DNA of 63,174 nt, filler included, from Phoronis australis (GCA_002633005.1; 9 parts of 9 records of this genome joined end to end with filler, not necessarily neighbours in it), one strand, 5' to 3'; counted from the first letter of the whole stretch, positions 1 to 12,548 are shown. Numbers and translations are program-made. Notes: generated from the sequence alone by a model not told the origin.

Positions 1-1805
1 AGTGTCTATCATTCTATGCTCGAGTACATAATGACTTACGTGGATAATTTATTAGTCCTAGCTCGCAGTTGATAAACCCAACATTAAGGCTAAAAGTTTG
101 AACTCGAAATTTCGAGTTTTTACTCGAGTTTATAGCACCAATATCAGGGTCTTCAAGTGCAAACAGAAACCCGGCCCAGGACCAATGGTGTTTTTCTGCT
201 TAACCTTCGCTGAGCGCTGGATCTTGGTTACCGCCCCATACTCGGCAAAAAGTATTCAGCTGAATAACATCTATCATTCTTTGTAGCACAATACATCAGA
301 TGATCATTTCAGGTCAGAGCTCCCAAATCATCTTTCGCTCTGATTTTTTTGTATAATCCAGAAGCTCTGATGGAATTTTTGATTCACGATATTGAATAGT
401 TCTAAGCCTTGTAGCGTGTATATGGTAACCGCTAAATTAATTTAATTCAAATGACTCGAAAGCTGGAATTTTGTGTGGTGCATTGTTTTCTAGTGTACAC
501 TTGTGTAATTTTTGATATTGATATAGACATAATTATGAACTGAAAAAATCAAATTATAATAAACTGTGTCGCCGTGCACGTGAACTACTTCAGATTTTAG
601 CAACATGAAATGAGTTGAATGTAATTGTTGCTCCCATTCTCAACTCGTACACTTTTACGTTACAACCCTTATGATTTTTTGTCGAGAACCAAATAACGCT
701 AATCGTAATAATGTATGAAAAAATCGTTTGGACGATCCAAAGCGGAACTTGTAAAAGTTACATTGGGGAGGCTCAAAGGCTCTATTCCACGACGTTAAAA
801 AATCTATAGTACCGAGGAGAAAAGGCACTTGTAGCCTTGGAGCTTCCAATGATGCCAGGTGAGCTGGATTAAAGATACTCAATGTCCAGACGGCGAGTGA
901 CTAAGATAAACCGGCGACATGGACACAGGAAGTTTTCCAATTAAAGAAAATAAGTCAGCGCGCAAGTGAAAAAACACAGTAGTGGAGGTATTGATTTTGC
1001 CTCTGTAAAAACATATATGTATATACAGCGGTAAGTCCTGGCATATGAAATAAGCCAAGCCTGCCGCATATATTCATTGTCCACGTCTGAAATACGTGTA
1101 TTAAGTTACACAGTATAGTGATTCATAACCCAGAAAAGAATAGGAAATAAAAACATTTTGGTATATCAGAAAAATGTATTCTTAATTTAGCACTGTATTT
1201 CCAAACAGAAAATGTCCACTTTCGTCTTTCAAATAGATCAAGATAGCATATTTGGGTCTTGAGGGGGTAAGCAGCAACATTGAAATTCATTTGAAATTTA
1301 TTGTTGGTCAACAGGAGAAAACATTCCCTTCATTACTTTTGACAGACATTCTCTGTTTGCCACTAATAGAAAAGTTATACAAGCCTGAAGATGCCTGAAA
1401 ATGTACGTTAATTTTAATAATACGTCAGTTTTTGCTGTCCCTTTTCTAATCGAAATATTTTTCGGCGTCATCTTTCAATTCCGAAATTTCGTCTGGGGCT
1501 AAAGATTGTGTCTCCACAGTTGAATATTTGTTTTCACAGTGTGTTAGATCCCCACTCGCTTACTGAGTTAGTTGTTTTGTATAGTTGCCCATGGGGCGTT
1601 TTGCAATTAGTACGTAATTATTCCCGATGCAAGACTACATATGGCATGGTCATGGCCGACACGATATTGATGCGCCAGTTTACGACCCAAACATAGTACG
1701 TCATTGATTTTTGTGCCAATGTCGCGGGGCGGGCCCTTTATTAACTAAATGTCCTCGAATAAATCTCAATAAACTTTCCGTAGAAGTTGAATGTTCCATT
1801 CACGC
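1..1805. repeat. Copy A of a diverged local duplication (paralogous to 4772-6425)
   Basis: 1-1452 aligns colinearly with 4772-6360 and 1745-1805 with 6365-6425, with scattered substitutions and indels. Confidence 0.85.
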
Positions 1806-3256
1806 GCACTTACCGAAAAAAAATCATCACAGTACCAGACTCGAACAGTAGAGAGTGAGAAAATCTCTCCGCAAATTGTCATCGGATGGCCAGTGGTGGA
1901 CATGCCTATTAACCGCAGAGCTCTGAAATACTGGCTTTTTTGACAGCAGCAAATATGGCGGCTCTAGCCTGAGCTCGTAAAAAGGTAACGTAGCTTTTTG
2001 AGATGCCTACGGCTGCAGCAGGTCACTTGGAAAATCGTTAGTTAAGCTTTTTCGCTTTCCCACTGACTAAGATAGACGAGGCATAGGAATGAAACAAAGA
2101 TTTTTTTGCGTGAAATTTTCCAGTCAGCAAGGGATGGGGGCAGGATGATTCGAATTTTTCTTACAACTCTTACTTTCATTCGATCGCTGGTATAGAAAAT
2201 TATCGCACATGGTTTGCGTGACTTTGGGTCGCATTACAGACTAGTGGTAAGCGCATTTAAGCTTCTGCCGGTGGTTGGATCTAAACTTGACTTTCTTTCA
2301 CTTCTTTCTGCAGTTCACTTAAAAGTCTTATACGTATTCAGATCTAAAAGATATATTTATTATTCATTGTTTTTTATTATTTTATTATTGTTATTCTACG
2401 TTTATTTTTATCTACGATTATTTTGCTATTACTTGTTTTTTATTATTTATTTATTCATTCATTATTACCTATTGAAAATTATGCTGCTTACGGTGCAATA
2501 TTGCACGCATTGCGACTGCTCTTGTTTACAAAGCTATCGTTGTCCAGCTCCGGTTATAAAATATTGCTTGTCCAAAATTATTGCCAAAACGACTCAACAG
2601 CGGTTAACGAAGCATGACACAGATATACGGAGGAGATACGTCGGCACTAGTCAAGTTTCTTGCAACTTGACTGTAGTTCGATGTGCACATTTATTTTTTT
2701 ATCGTGGTGTGTGCTTCTGTGGCATAACTTTAGCTGCAAGTCTTGATGTATAATTTTTCATAGGAAGTGCATTTGAAAGAAATGTTCATTTAAAGGGCTT
2801 TTACATTGGTAGTATTACTATCTTGGGGTGTCTAGTATCTTGGAAACCCGTTCCCTCCAGTTGTTTCGATTTAGTCTCAAAACATTGAGACGTAATAATT
2901 GTTGCCTCGTCATCCTCATTACCCTCAATGGTAATGTCGTTTGTTTTGATTTTGTTTCGAGAGGTGTCTTAAATTATAAATCGGTGTGGTTATACTGTGG
3001 TCGGTGTTATTTTTGGTTTAAAAAAACGGCTTCATTCTTATGTTATTTACTTTGAAATTCAACTGGCCACTTTTTACCCACCGATATAGGCCTGACTATG
3101 CCTTTAAATAACAACTGATAGTCGATTTAATAAAACGTGAGTTGATTAAACATTACTTTTTCCTGTTTCAGGAGCGCTGAAGGGCATAAAAAATTGCCCC
3201 CAATTGATTGCCCTGTGTATTCAATAGGCACCTAGACTCGGCTGTTTATTTTTGTT

Positions 3257-3802
3257 NNNNNNNNNNNNNNNNNNNNNNNNNNNNNNNNNNNNNNNNNNNN
3301 NNNNNNNNNNNNNNNNNNNNNNNNNNNNNNNNNNNNNNNNNNNNNNNNNNNNNNNNNNNNNNNNNNNNNNNNNNNNNNNNNNNNNNNNNNNNNNNNNNNN
3401 NNNNNNNNNNNNNNNNNNNNNNNNNNNNNNNNNNNNNNNNNNNNNNNNNNNNNNNNNNNNNNNNNNNNNNNNNNNNNNNNNNNNNNNNNNNNNNNNNNNN
3501 NNNNNNNNNNNNNNNNNNNNNNNNNNNNNNNNNNNNNNNNNNNNNNNNNNNNNNNNNNNNNNNNNNNNNNNNNNNNNNNNNNNNNNNNNNNNNNNNNNNN
3601 NNNNNNNNNNNNNNNNNNNNNNNNNNNNNNNNNNNNNNNNNNNNNNNNNNNNNNNNNNNNNNNNNNNNNNNNNNNNNNNNNNNNNNNNNNNNNNNNNNNN
3701 NNNNNNNNNNNNNNNNNNNNNNNNNNNNNNNNNNNNNNNNNNNNNNNNNNNNNNNNNNNNNNNNNNNNNNNNNNNNNNNNNNNNNNNNNNNNNNNNNNNN
3801 NN
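3257..3802. other. Assembly gap (N run)
   Basis: 546 consecutive N. Confidence 1.
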
Positions 3803-4661
3803 AGTTTGGCTCACCGATCTGTTCACTGGACGACGAACTGTCCTCTTCACTGGGTGTCGAACTGGGCCTGTAATCACTCCCACTATTCAATATCGCTGCA
3901 GGGCTGCTTAGAGGCTCTGGGCTGGAGAAAACAGCACCGGCGAATCACTACTGGTTCCAGGAATGGCACGCTTTGGGGTACGTTCGGAGGCACCTTTGAC
4001 AGTGAATGAAGTGCCTCCACTGGCTCCAGTCACTGTACTGGCCACAGCTCGCGAGGCTTCTCTCTTCAAAAACGCACTTGTCGGGGGTGGCGACGGGGCA
4101 CTGCCGGGAATCAACACAGACGGAATGGCATCCGTCTTCAGGCGTTGTTTCGCAGGGACCTTCATCAGTTCAGCGTACAAATCCGTTTCTTAATCGGACG
4201 GCAGAAAGTGCTTGTCACACACACGGTAATTCTCGACTGCTTTGTACGTTGCGTGGACGAGTAACGCTGCGTTCTTCACACGAACGAGCCAAGTACGGCG
4301 AAGTGTGTCATCCATCGTAAAGCGATGCTAAGGTACTCCCAAAGCGCGCGTGAGACGATAATTAGTACATCCCGGTACGCAGCAACAGTGTGGCATGTTG
4401 ACTGACTAGTAAATGAAAGCAAACGACGACGTAACTTAACACAACCGAGGTAGAACAATGACTGACTCGGCAGCTCTTACAGTCAGACTATATGAAAAGA
4501 AATTGGCGCGAAATGCTTGCCTCCTAAAACGTCACTTCCGGAGTAGCGGACGAGTAATTAACAAAATTACGAAAAGCTGTAATTAAGTGGAAAATATGTC
4601 TAGGGTAACCAACCAACCTTATTTTAGCTCAAAATGACATGAAAAAAGGTTGCCTTCGCCT
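3803..4661 (-). mobile_element. Kolobok-derived non-autonomous DNA transposon, long subfamily, other end lost in the gap
   Basis: Terminus GGTTGCCTTCGCCT followed by TTAA (4662-4665); same end sequence as three other copies; carries a THAP remnant. TTAA TSD with AG..CT termini and THAP fits Kolobok. Confidence 0.8.
3908..4396 (-). pseudogene. Degenerate THAP zinc-finger N-terminus of a Kolobok-type transposase
   Basis: From ATG 4396: MPHCCCVPGCTNYRLTRALGVP*HRFTMDDTLRRTWLVRV...YRVCDKHFLPSD*...RLKTDAIPSV. C2CH ligands, conserved W and an AVPTIF-like box are present, with two in-frame stops. Confidence 0.85.
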
Positions 4662-4685
4662 TTAATTCTCAAAAAACACAGACCA

Positions 4686-5084
4686 GAGTACGGTCTGTAA
4701 TCGTTTTACTCTAAAGGGACACAAAATTATGTCTGGCATATTCTACTCTACTTATGTGTGAACTCAAAATTAGTGTCTATTATTCTATGCTCGAGTACAT
4801 AATGACTTTCGTGGATAATTTATTAGTCCTATTTCGCGGCTGATAAACCCAACATTAAGGCTAAAAGTTTGAACTCGAAATTTCGAGTTTTTACTCGAGT
4901 TGGGTAGCACGAATATCAGGGTCTTCAAGTGCAAACTGGGACTAGAAACTCATACGCGTAAACTATAACGTATTCGAGCACAGTATGATAACCACTTATC
5001 TTGAGTTCGAACAAAAGGAGCAGAGAAATTACCAAAAATAATATTGAGTTCGTTTCGAGTACAAAGATTATAGAGACCGGGCCC
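4686..5084. mobile_element. Fold-back MITE, possibly PIF/Harbinger-like (partial second copy at 1-177)
   Basis: Imperfect palindrome centred on ACTCGAAA/TTTCGAGT (~4880); right end GATTATAGAGACCGGGCCC mirrors CGGTCTGTAATCG on the left. Confidence 0.5.
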
Positions 5085-6425
5085 AGGACCAATGGTGTTC
5101 TGCTTAACCCCCGCTTAGCGCTGGATCTTGGTTACCGCGCCATACTCGGCAAAAAGTATTCAGCTGAATAACATGTATCATTCTTAGTAGCACAATGTAT
5201 CAGATGATCATTACAGGTTAGCTCCCAAGTCAGCTTTCGGTCTGATTTTTTTGTATAATCTAGAAGCTCTGATGGAATTTTTGATTTACGATATTAAATA
5301 GTACTAAGCCTTGTAGCGTGTATATATGGTAACCGCTAAATTAATTTTATTTAAACGACTCGAAAGCTGGAATTCTGGGTGGTGCATTGTTTTCTCGTGT
5401 TCACTTGTATAGTATCTAATATTTTTATGGACATCACTATAAACTGAATAAATCAAATTATAACAAACTATGTCACCGTGCTGGCGAACTACTTCAGATT
5501 TTACCAACTTGAAATGAGTTGAATGTAATTGTTGCTCCCATTTTCAACTCGTACACTTCTACGTTACAACCCTTGGGATTTTTTTCTAGAACCAAATAAC
5601 GCTAATCGCAATAATATATGAAAAACTCGTTTGGACGTTCCATACTGAGGAACTTGTAAAAATTACATTGGGGAGGCTCAAATCGAAGAAGGCTTAATTC
5701 CACGACGATAAAAAATCTGTAGTACCGACGAGAAAAAATAATGCCAGGTGAGCTGGATTAAAGATACCCTATGCCCAGACGGCGAGTGACTAAGATAAAC
5801 CGGCGACATGGACACAGGATGTTTTCCAATTAAAAAAAATAAGTCAGTGTTCAGGTGAGTAGGGAAACTTGGAAAAACCATAGTGGTGGAGGTATTTATT
5901 TGACCTCTGTAAAAACAAATATAAAAATACAGCGGTAAATCCTGGCATATGAACAGAAATAAGCCAAGCTTGCCGCTTGTTCACATTGTCCACGTCTGAA
6001 ATACGTGTATTAAGTTACATAGTATAGTGATTCTTAAATCAGAAAAGAATATGAAATAAAAACATTTTGGTATATCAGAAAAATGTATTCTTAATTTAGT
6101 ACTGTAATACTAAACGGAATGTCCACTTTTGTCTTTAAAATAGATCAAGATAGCATATTTTGGTCTTGCCCGGGGTAAGCAGCAACATTGAAATTCATTT
6201 GAAATTCATAGTTGGTCAACAGGAGAAAACATTCCCTTCATTATTTGCGACAGACATTCTCTGTTTGCCACTAATAGAAAAGTTATACAAGCCTGAAGAT
6301 GCCTGAAAATGTACGTTAATTTTAATCATACGTCAGTATTTGCTGTCCCTGTTCTAATCGCGGCCTAAATGTCTTAGAATAAATTTCAGGAAACTTTCCC
6401 TACAAGTTGAATGTTCCACCCACAC
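4772..6425. repeat. Copy B of the local duplication (paralogous to 1-1805)
   Basis: Colinear match to the start of the window. Confidence 0.85.
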
Positions 6426-6559
6426 ACATTAAATTAAAACGTTAACAATAAATTTGACACGAACGAGCGAAATGCTAAACAATTAAAAATAGTAAAATTA
6501 TGAAATAGTACCCAGGTACCTGGACTTGAAATATTAAATAGGATTACTTTGACGGACGT

Positions 6560-7000
6560 CAGAATTGAGATCGTTCCACCAAAGTGGAAAACGGGTGTTT
6601 ACCACAATTAGTCCTGGTTTTATGAATATAAATAATTCCACCCTCACTAGACCTGTTGCTATTATTATTGTAACCTTGTTTACTAATCACATTTTGTCAC
6701 AACAATACTCACTTGCCATGCCATGGAGACAATTGAGCATAGCTAAACATATATAATGATCCCTACGCACATCTGATTTGAGCCAGTCAAAACTAGAGTG
6801 CATACAGTCGATATTGTACATTTGTTTGCCTGAAAAATGCTTCATGCAGTTAACTTTTATGTGAAGACCTGAGATTATTACTGCAACATCGCAATATTCT
6901 GAACTTGGCAAGACTAAGGCTATGTACAATAAATTTAGAAAACCGAGATCAAAAAGCGTTCTTAATATTTTGTCCAATTTTCTGTGGCACTTAGAACACA
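6560..7000 (-). mobile_element. Degenerate CR1/L2-type LINE ORF2 3' fragment
   Basis: LYIALVLPSSEYCDVAV and RRDHYICLAMLNCLHGMASEY resemble the post-RT LYxxLVLPxxDYCDVVW and KCLxGLAPxY motifs. Confidence 0.6.
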
Positions 7001-7204
7001 AATGAAATCTACATATACGTGACAGGTAAGATGTCTATCAAGAAAAATGCCTAAATATTTCTCATTACTTTCATTCCCCAGAGAGGAATTCAAGGAAAAT
7101 GAAGAGGTGTTACAAATTCAAACTTCTGGTGGGAAAGAAACCACAGGTCCCACGCCGTGTCTTGGAAAAACGTCAAGGTCAGAATTTCCACTCACTAGAC
7201 ACTA

Positions 7205-8746
7205 CTAATTGTTTTTCTTTAAATCTTCAACTTTGGTGGTGCCCAGTCTCCTAATGTTTGTATACGTTGTTTTAAAACACCAGCAGATTGCCATTGAAGT
7301 CAAAAAGAAACAGCCAATAATAAAAGCAGCGATGTCGATCATTGCAGATTTCCACACTGGCATATCTAAGGAAACTGGGCGTAGATATTTTCCACCATTT
7401 TTCATGACGTAATCAATCCAAAAAGCTGCTGTTTTTCTGGGTGTCATTGGTTTGGATTTAAAAGCGGTCGACGCCTTCTTTATGTTTACTGCGTACGTAG
7501 GATCATCAAGTATTGTTGTTACGGCGTTAACGACGTCATCAGGCGTGAACGTTTTTAAGTCGAGCCACAGACCAAAGCCCTTATTTTCGATAATTCTTGC
7601 ATTGACTGGTTGGTCATTTGGAGTTATGGGCAGTCCGAGCAGTGGTACACCATGATACAATGCCTCGTACAAACTGTTGGCTCCACAGTGGGTAATGAAG
7701 AGTTTAGTATTAGAGTGACCGAGAATATCATTTTGAGGAATCCATTCTTCTAATCTCACATTTGAACTAAGACGAAGACTAGATGGGTCGTGAACTTTCA
7801 TAACAACCTTTTGTTTTAAGCGGGAAAAGGCATCTAGGACGTTCTGCAGGTAGATTACAGGCAATGTCTTCAAAACTGATCCCAGGGAGAACAAGACAAC
7901 CCCATTTTCTGCACTAGACATGAACGATTCCAGGCTTTCTTGTAGAGGCTTAGCTGGTGCTGTTGTTAGTCCACCAACAAGTATGGAATTGGGCATTAAC
8001 GCCCCTGGATAGCCCAAAATGGGATCTTTTGTTCCATATAACCACAGTAAACATTCGGACATAAGTTCTCGAAAACACAGGTCAGCTTTTGCGTGGGAAA
8101 GGTGCTTTTTAATTAACCATTGTCCATCCTTGGGAAAATCGGCAAAGTTAAATATAAGCATTTCAACAAATGTTCGCAGGCGTCCGAAGACGTTCATCGT
8201 AATTGGCGTTAGTTGTGCGAAGGGATTCACCTCTACTACTGGCCAAAACGGTGCTCCAGATAAGAAAGTCTCAGACGCAGGAGTTTCGGCAACAAATGGA
8301 ACACCAAGCTTTTGGGGAAGCAAAGCAAAGCAACGTGTGAATGGTATGCCATCTAGCAGTACCAAGTCGACTTTCTCATTTCTCACTCTGTTCAAGAATT
8401 CCTCGTCTGAGAGCATGGCGTCACAATAGTGAATGCTTCTTTCGCCCATCTCATCAAGCAGGTAATTCAAGGACGTGTGAGTGGAGTCTTCCATTAGCTT
8501 GTCCATATCCTTACCAAATGGCCTTGGAACATGAGATGGTGAAGTTTTAAATGTTATTACAGAAATGTTGGTGTTTTTCAAAACTTTTTCAGTCGGAACC
8601 GTCTCCTCAACTACAGTACTCACTCGGTGACCCATTTTGGTCAATTCATCTCCTATGGTAGCGTGTTGAAACATGAGGCTAAACACAGGTGCACTGACCA
8701 ATAGAATGTGTTTTGAATGGCAAAGGTAAGGTTGCAGAATTAACAT
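7205..8746 (-). CDS. UDP-glycosyltransferase (UGT/GT1 family), ER membrane type, single coding exon, 513 aa
   Basis: DELTKMGHRV N-terminal motif, GVVLFSLGS, UGT signature WIPQNDILGH...FITHCGANSLYEALYHGVP...DQ, C-terminal hydrophobic helix and KKNN dilysine ER-retrieval end. Confidence 0.97.
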   Translation of the reverse strand: MLILQPYLCHSKHILLVSAPVFSLMFQHATIGDELTKMGHRVSTVVEETVPTEKVLKNTNISVITFKTSPSHVPRPFGKDMDKLMEDSTHTSLNYLLDEMGERSIHYCDAMLSDEEFLNRVRNEKVDLVLLDGIPFTRCFALLPQKLGVPFVAETPASETFLSGAPFWPVVEVNPFAQLTPITMNVFGRLRTFVEMLIFNFADFPKDGQWLIKKHLSHAKADLCFRELMSECLLWLYGTKDPILGYPGALMPNSILVGGLTTAPAKPLQESLESFMSSAENGVVLFSLGSVLKTLPVIYLQNVLDAFSRLKQKVVMKVHDPSSLRLSSNVRLEEWIPQNDILGHSNTKLFITHCGANSLYEALYHGVPLLGLPITPNDQPVNARIIENKGFGLWLDLKTFTPDDVVNAVTTILDDPTYAVNIKKASTAFKSKPMTPRKTAAFWIDYVMKNGGKYLRPVSLDMPVWKSAMIDIAAFIIGCFFLTSMAICWCFKTTYTNIRRLGTTKVEDLKKNN

Positions 8747-9917
8747 GAGTTAGTTTCCTTTACTATCGCCTACACAAAGACACCTCTGGCAAAATGGTTT
8801 AATGATTGATATCCTTTTGAAAACGAATTAACTTTGGTACACGATGACGTTGTGTTTTAATGTCATTTTCGTATATTTCCGAGTTGATACTGATGCTCTG
8901 ACGCCACTTGCAGATAATTTTTTTTCTGGATTTGAGCTCCTCAAATAATAAACTTTTGACTTCTACTCAAAAAGTTACATCATCGTTTTTTCTTGTATGT
9001 GTTAATTTGATGCCCATATAAAAATGGTGGTCACCAACTTCCTTTTGTGTCATTATAAGAATGAGCAATTTGACCTCAAAAGGTCGCCAAATTCAAGATT
9101 ACTGTTACCCGCTATTTGTCACTAGACAGCGTTTATGCTATCTTTTTTTGGGATTAGGAAATAATTTTGTTGATTCGAAAAATAGTCAAGAAATTTCTTC
9201 TTTAATAAATTCGAAATTGTCACACCTTATTTGTGTTTTTAATTATTTAATGCTGCATCAAATGGTGATTCCTTTTGCACAAATTGTAAATTATGAAATG
9301 CCTAAATGCCTCATTATCACTGAAAAATATTGCGTCTCTCATATGTGTCAAAAGCAACTTAAAATGATATGCACCAAAAAGTTGTGACAATAGTGAGACA
9401 GTTTGAAATTTTTGACAAGTGAAAAATTGTGACTTGCCATTAAACATGAATCCATTCTCCGCCAGCCTGAAACAAATTGTTTTGTTCCCTTGGCAACTGG
9501 CGGCCTCAGTGATGAAGTATAGTGGGATACACTGAACCCTTGGCCTGCTTCGTGAGGTGGCAGGTCCTAACATCAACCCTGAATTGCTTTTGAGTAGTCA
9601 TTACATAAACATCACAAAACTGAAACTCTGAAGTTCACATTTTCACCTAAATTAGCCAGCAAATCCTTTTTGCATTTTTAAAATTTTTATGTCAAAAGAA
9701 CTCTCCAAGCAATGTACACTGATTGAGCATGTTTTTTTAAACAATACGAGGTGCGTGTATGTAGTATGGTTGGTCACAGTTTGCTCACATAGTTCGTTTT
9801 TGGTTTATTTTTTACTGTTATCTCTTATTGTCCTCAGTTAGTCTCACTGTACCTTGTTTGCTGCCATTGTTGATATTGAATGTTTTTGTTCTTTGACATC
9901 TTCATCTGTAAAAAGTC

Positions 9918-10017
9918 NNNNNNNNNNNNNNNNNNNNNNNNNNNNNNNNNNNNNNNNNNNNTTAATTAATTAANNNNNNNNNNNNNNNNNNNNNNNNNNN
10001 NNNNNNNNNNNNNNNNN
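9918..10017. other. Artificial contig spacer 44N-TTAATTAATTAA-44N (also 32917-33016, 35735-35834, 38809-38908, 45580-45679, 52262-52361, 57430-57529, 60525-60624)
   Basis: Identical 100-nt structure eight times; the core has stops in all six frames. Confidence 0.98.
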
Positions 10018-10095
10018 AAGTGGAATAATTCGGTGAGTACAACAGCAAGTCGGTTTTATGCTTAGGCGGACGAACATTGGGTTCCCCAGTATAGT
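10018..10095. repeat. Unclassified dispersed repeat fragment (inverted copy at ~48985-49062)
   Basis: AAGTGGAATAATTCGGTGAGTAC...GCTTAGGCGGACGAACATTGGGTTCCC matches the reverse complement of 48985-49062. Confidence 0.7.
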
Positions 10096-12439
10096 ACATC
10101 ACTCATCAGACACTTGTGACTAGGCATCTGGTACTGGATGTCTTGCACAGGCCACTTATCTTGTCTTGCTGCCCAGTCTCAGTAACAGACTAGTAACTTA
10201 CATAATTGCTGGTCGTCCGGTACTAGATGGGTACTATTATTGCATCCAACCCTTGTGGCTAGACATGCGGTACCGTACATCTAACACAGGCTACGATCCT
10301 AAATAGCCATCTGGTACTAGAATTTTAACATCTGTTGCTAGCCATCCGGCACTGCGGATGGGTAGGAATCTGGTAGTGGACGTCTAGCTCACGCTACGTT
10401 TTTCAGTGACTACGGCATCTGAACATCCTACACATGGTCTTAACCACAACAATGTGGTCTGATAGTTTTGATACCGTTTATTAAAGATACTGAATAGAAA
10501 GGATACCATGTGATGATGCATTGTTTCCTGTATTGTTGGTTGTTGGTCATTAAAGTAAAGCAAGTTTTCATTGAAAGAGAATCAACGTAGAATATATACC
10601 TTACTCTAATTAATACACATGCTACATTACTATGAACAAACTTAATTTACAATCTTATACAATGACATGTCTGACTTTATAGGGTCCTTTGCTGAGATGA
10701 TCATGGAACAGTGGCACAATCTTACATCAGTAAGAGCCATCACCCTTTCCAATTGTCCATCCCAACTTTGGGCCTGGTAGACCCTTCAAAGGCATTATTT
10801 ACAGAATAGTCCACTTATGTGACCGACCGTGGTCTACCCCTGCTGTACTCCATCACATTATTCATTGTTCCATGACCTAGATCCCTGCTCATTGACATAC
10901 AGCAGCCCATGAGCGTGATTGGTGAGTTTGTCGGAGAGCAGCAGCTAGCGTCATTGGCACGAAATAATGTGCTGAAACAGGGTTGGTCTGTGTGTAAGAT
11001 TGTCTGTGCCAGAGGGAAAGTGAGTGTGGCCACAGTGGTATCACGTATGCATCCGTACTAACAAGAGGAAAATTGCGTTCACAAGAGATCGTGTGCGTGT
11101 GCAAGTCGGACTTGCTGAACATAGTTGGCCATGATCTGACGTGTTGATTACTGACAAGATGTTTATCAGCAAGGTGATTCACTCTGACTTAAACTAATAA
11201 AAAATGATATTAGTCTTTAAAACTTGTATTTCTTACTTTAAGGCTGTGAATTCACTGGATGGCTTGAATTAAGTCTGAATTTAGTCCAATTGAATTCGAC
11301 CTACAAGCCCAACATGGCAGCCAAGGCAGCCTGAATCTGTAACAACAGAGGTCTCTGGTGTAACTGAAGTCTTTTTCAGTCATTTCTGTGCCCCTTCAGT
11401 GGTTCTAAAATTTCATGACGTTTTCGTACACTTTTATTGCTCAGTGCAGCATTTCATATGATGTGAACTTTGCGCCGACACCTAAGCACATCGCCATTTT
11501 GAAATGCACTGGCGTCTATTCATCAAATTCCAGTGAATGAGGATGCAAACGGTTGCGTCATCCCTAGTGTGCAATGTTGAAACCATTACCAGACGGATAG
11601 CTAATACGACGTTCTGGGATAGCTTTCCATTACCGTACTGCTTGACACTTAGAAATTATTAATATACTGCCAAAACTGCAATTATAGGAATTATCTCCCT
11701 TTCAGTTTTGTCCGAAAAATACAAATAATATATCTGCTGGCCAAACATAGGTTGTGCTGTTGGGCTTTGCTGTAGGAAAACGTGGGTGTCAGCAGTCAAT
11801 AGATTATCTTAGCATGTAACCAAGTAATTGCACTGTTGATAGAGTTGAATTTGCTTGCAAGACTTAAGGCCCAAAAGCATCAAAAAAGAAACATTTATTG
11901 ACTGGCAACCCTGCAGAACAGCCACGCCCTATGGCTCTAGCTCTCAGAAACACTGTTAGTAGTTCTAGGGTCCTGGAATTTGCCCTCAATGACGCTCTCC
12001 CTGTGTTCTGGATCCACCACTACGAGGTTGATAACCTCTCTATCCAGCATGTAGAAGCCTTACATACATCTCGTGGGTTTCATCTTAGTTGGGCGCAACT
12101 GTAGAAAACTCCACTCTGACTTCATTTGAACTGGAAGTCTTTAACATGTGAGTTGAGCATCCAATCGGATCTGGCTATTCCAGTACTGTAATTTCTCACG
12201 TTTTCCAATAATTTCCAATTTCTTTTATGCTGACTTTAATATTTTGCTTACCAAATTTATGGCCGCATCACTTTTCTCAAGTCACGACCTTAGTCAGCTA
12301 AATGCTATTGTCAAAGGCGTGGGGGATTGTTGACTTGTTGTGGATCAAAAATGAAAATTCTTGTCCATTTCAACTTAAAAAGTCTAGCCAATTTAATAAT
12401 TTCATGTGTTTAGGTTGTGTAATTTATCCCATCAATGCT

Positions 12440-12548
12440 TCAGTGTAATATAACTTGATGTCATATTTTGAGAACTAGTTTTCTCCACTGAATAATGAGC
12501 GTCAAACTGATTCTCAAATGATGGGCACATTATATCCCACTATTACTG
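12440..12548. mobile_element. ~110-nt hairpin MITE family, degenerate copy
   Basis: ATTTTGAGAACTAG...CTGATTCTCAAAT...TATATCCCACTATTAC; same family as 29105, 35400 and 48660. Confidence 0.65.

Noticed and set aside
2214-2753. 179-aa hydrophobic ORF
   Set aside because: Derived from a T/A-rich low-complexity tract; no ATG start, splice support or domain.
3208-3911. Long ORFs spanning N gaps (also 46761-47651)
   Set aside because: Artefacts of translating N as X.
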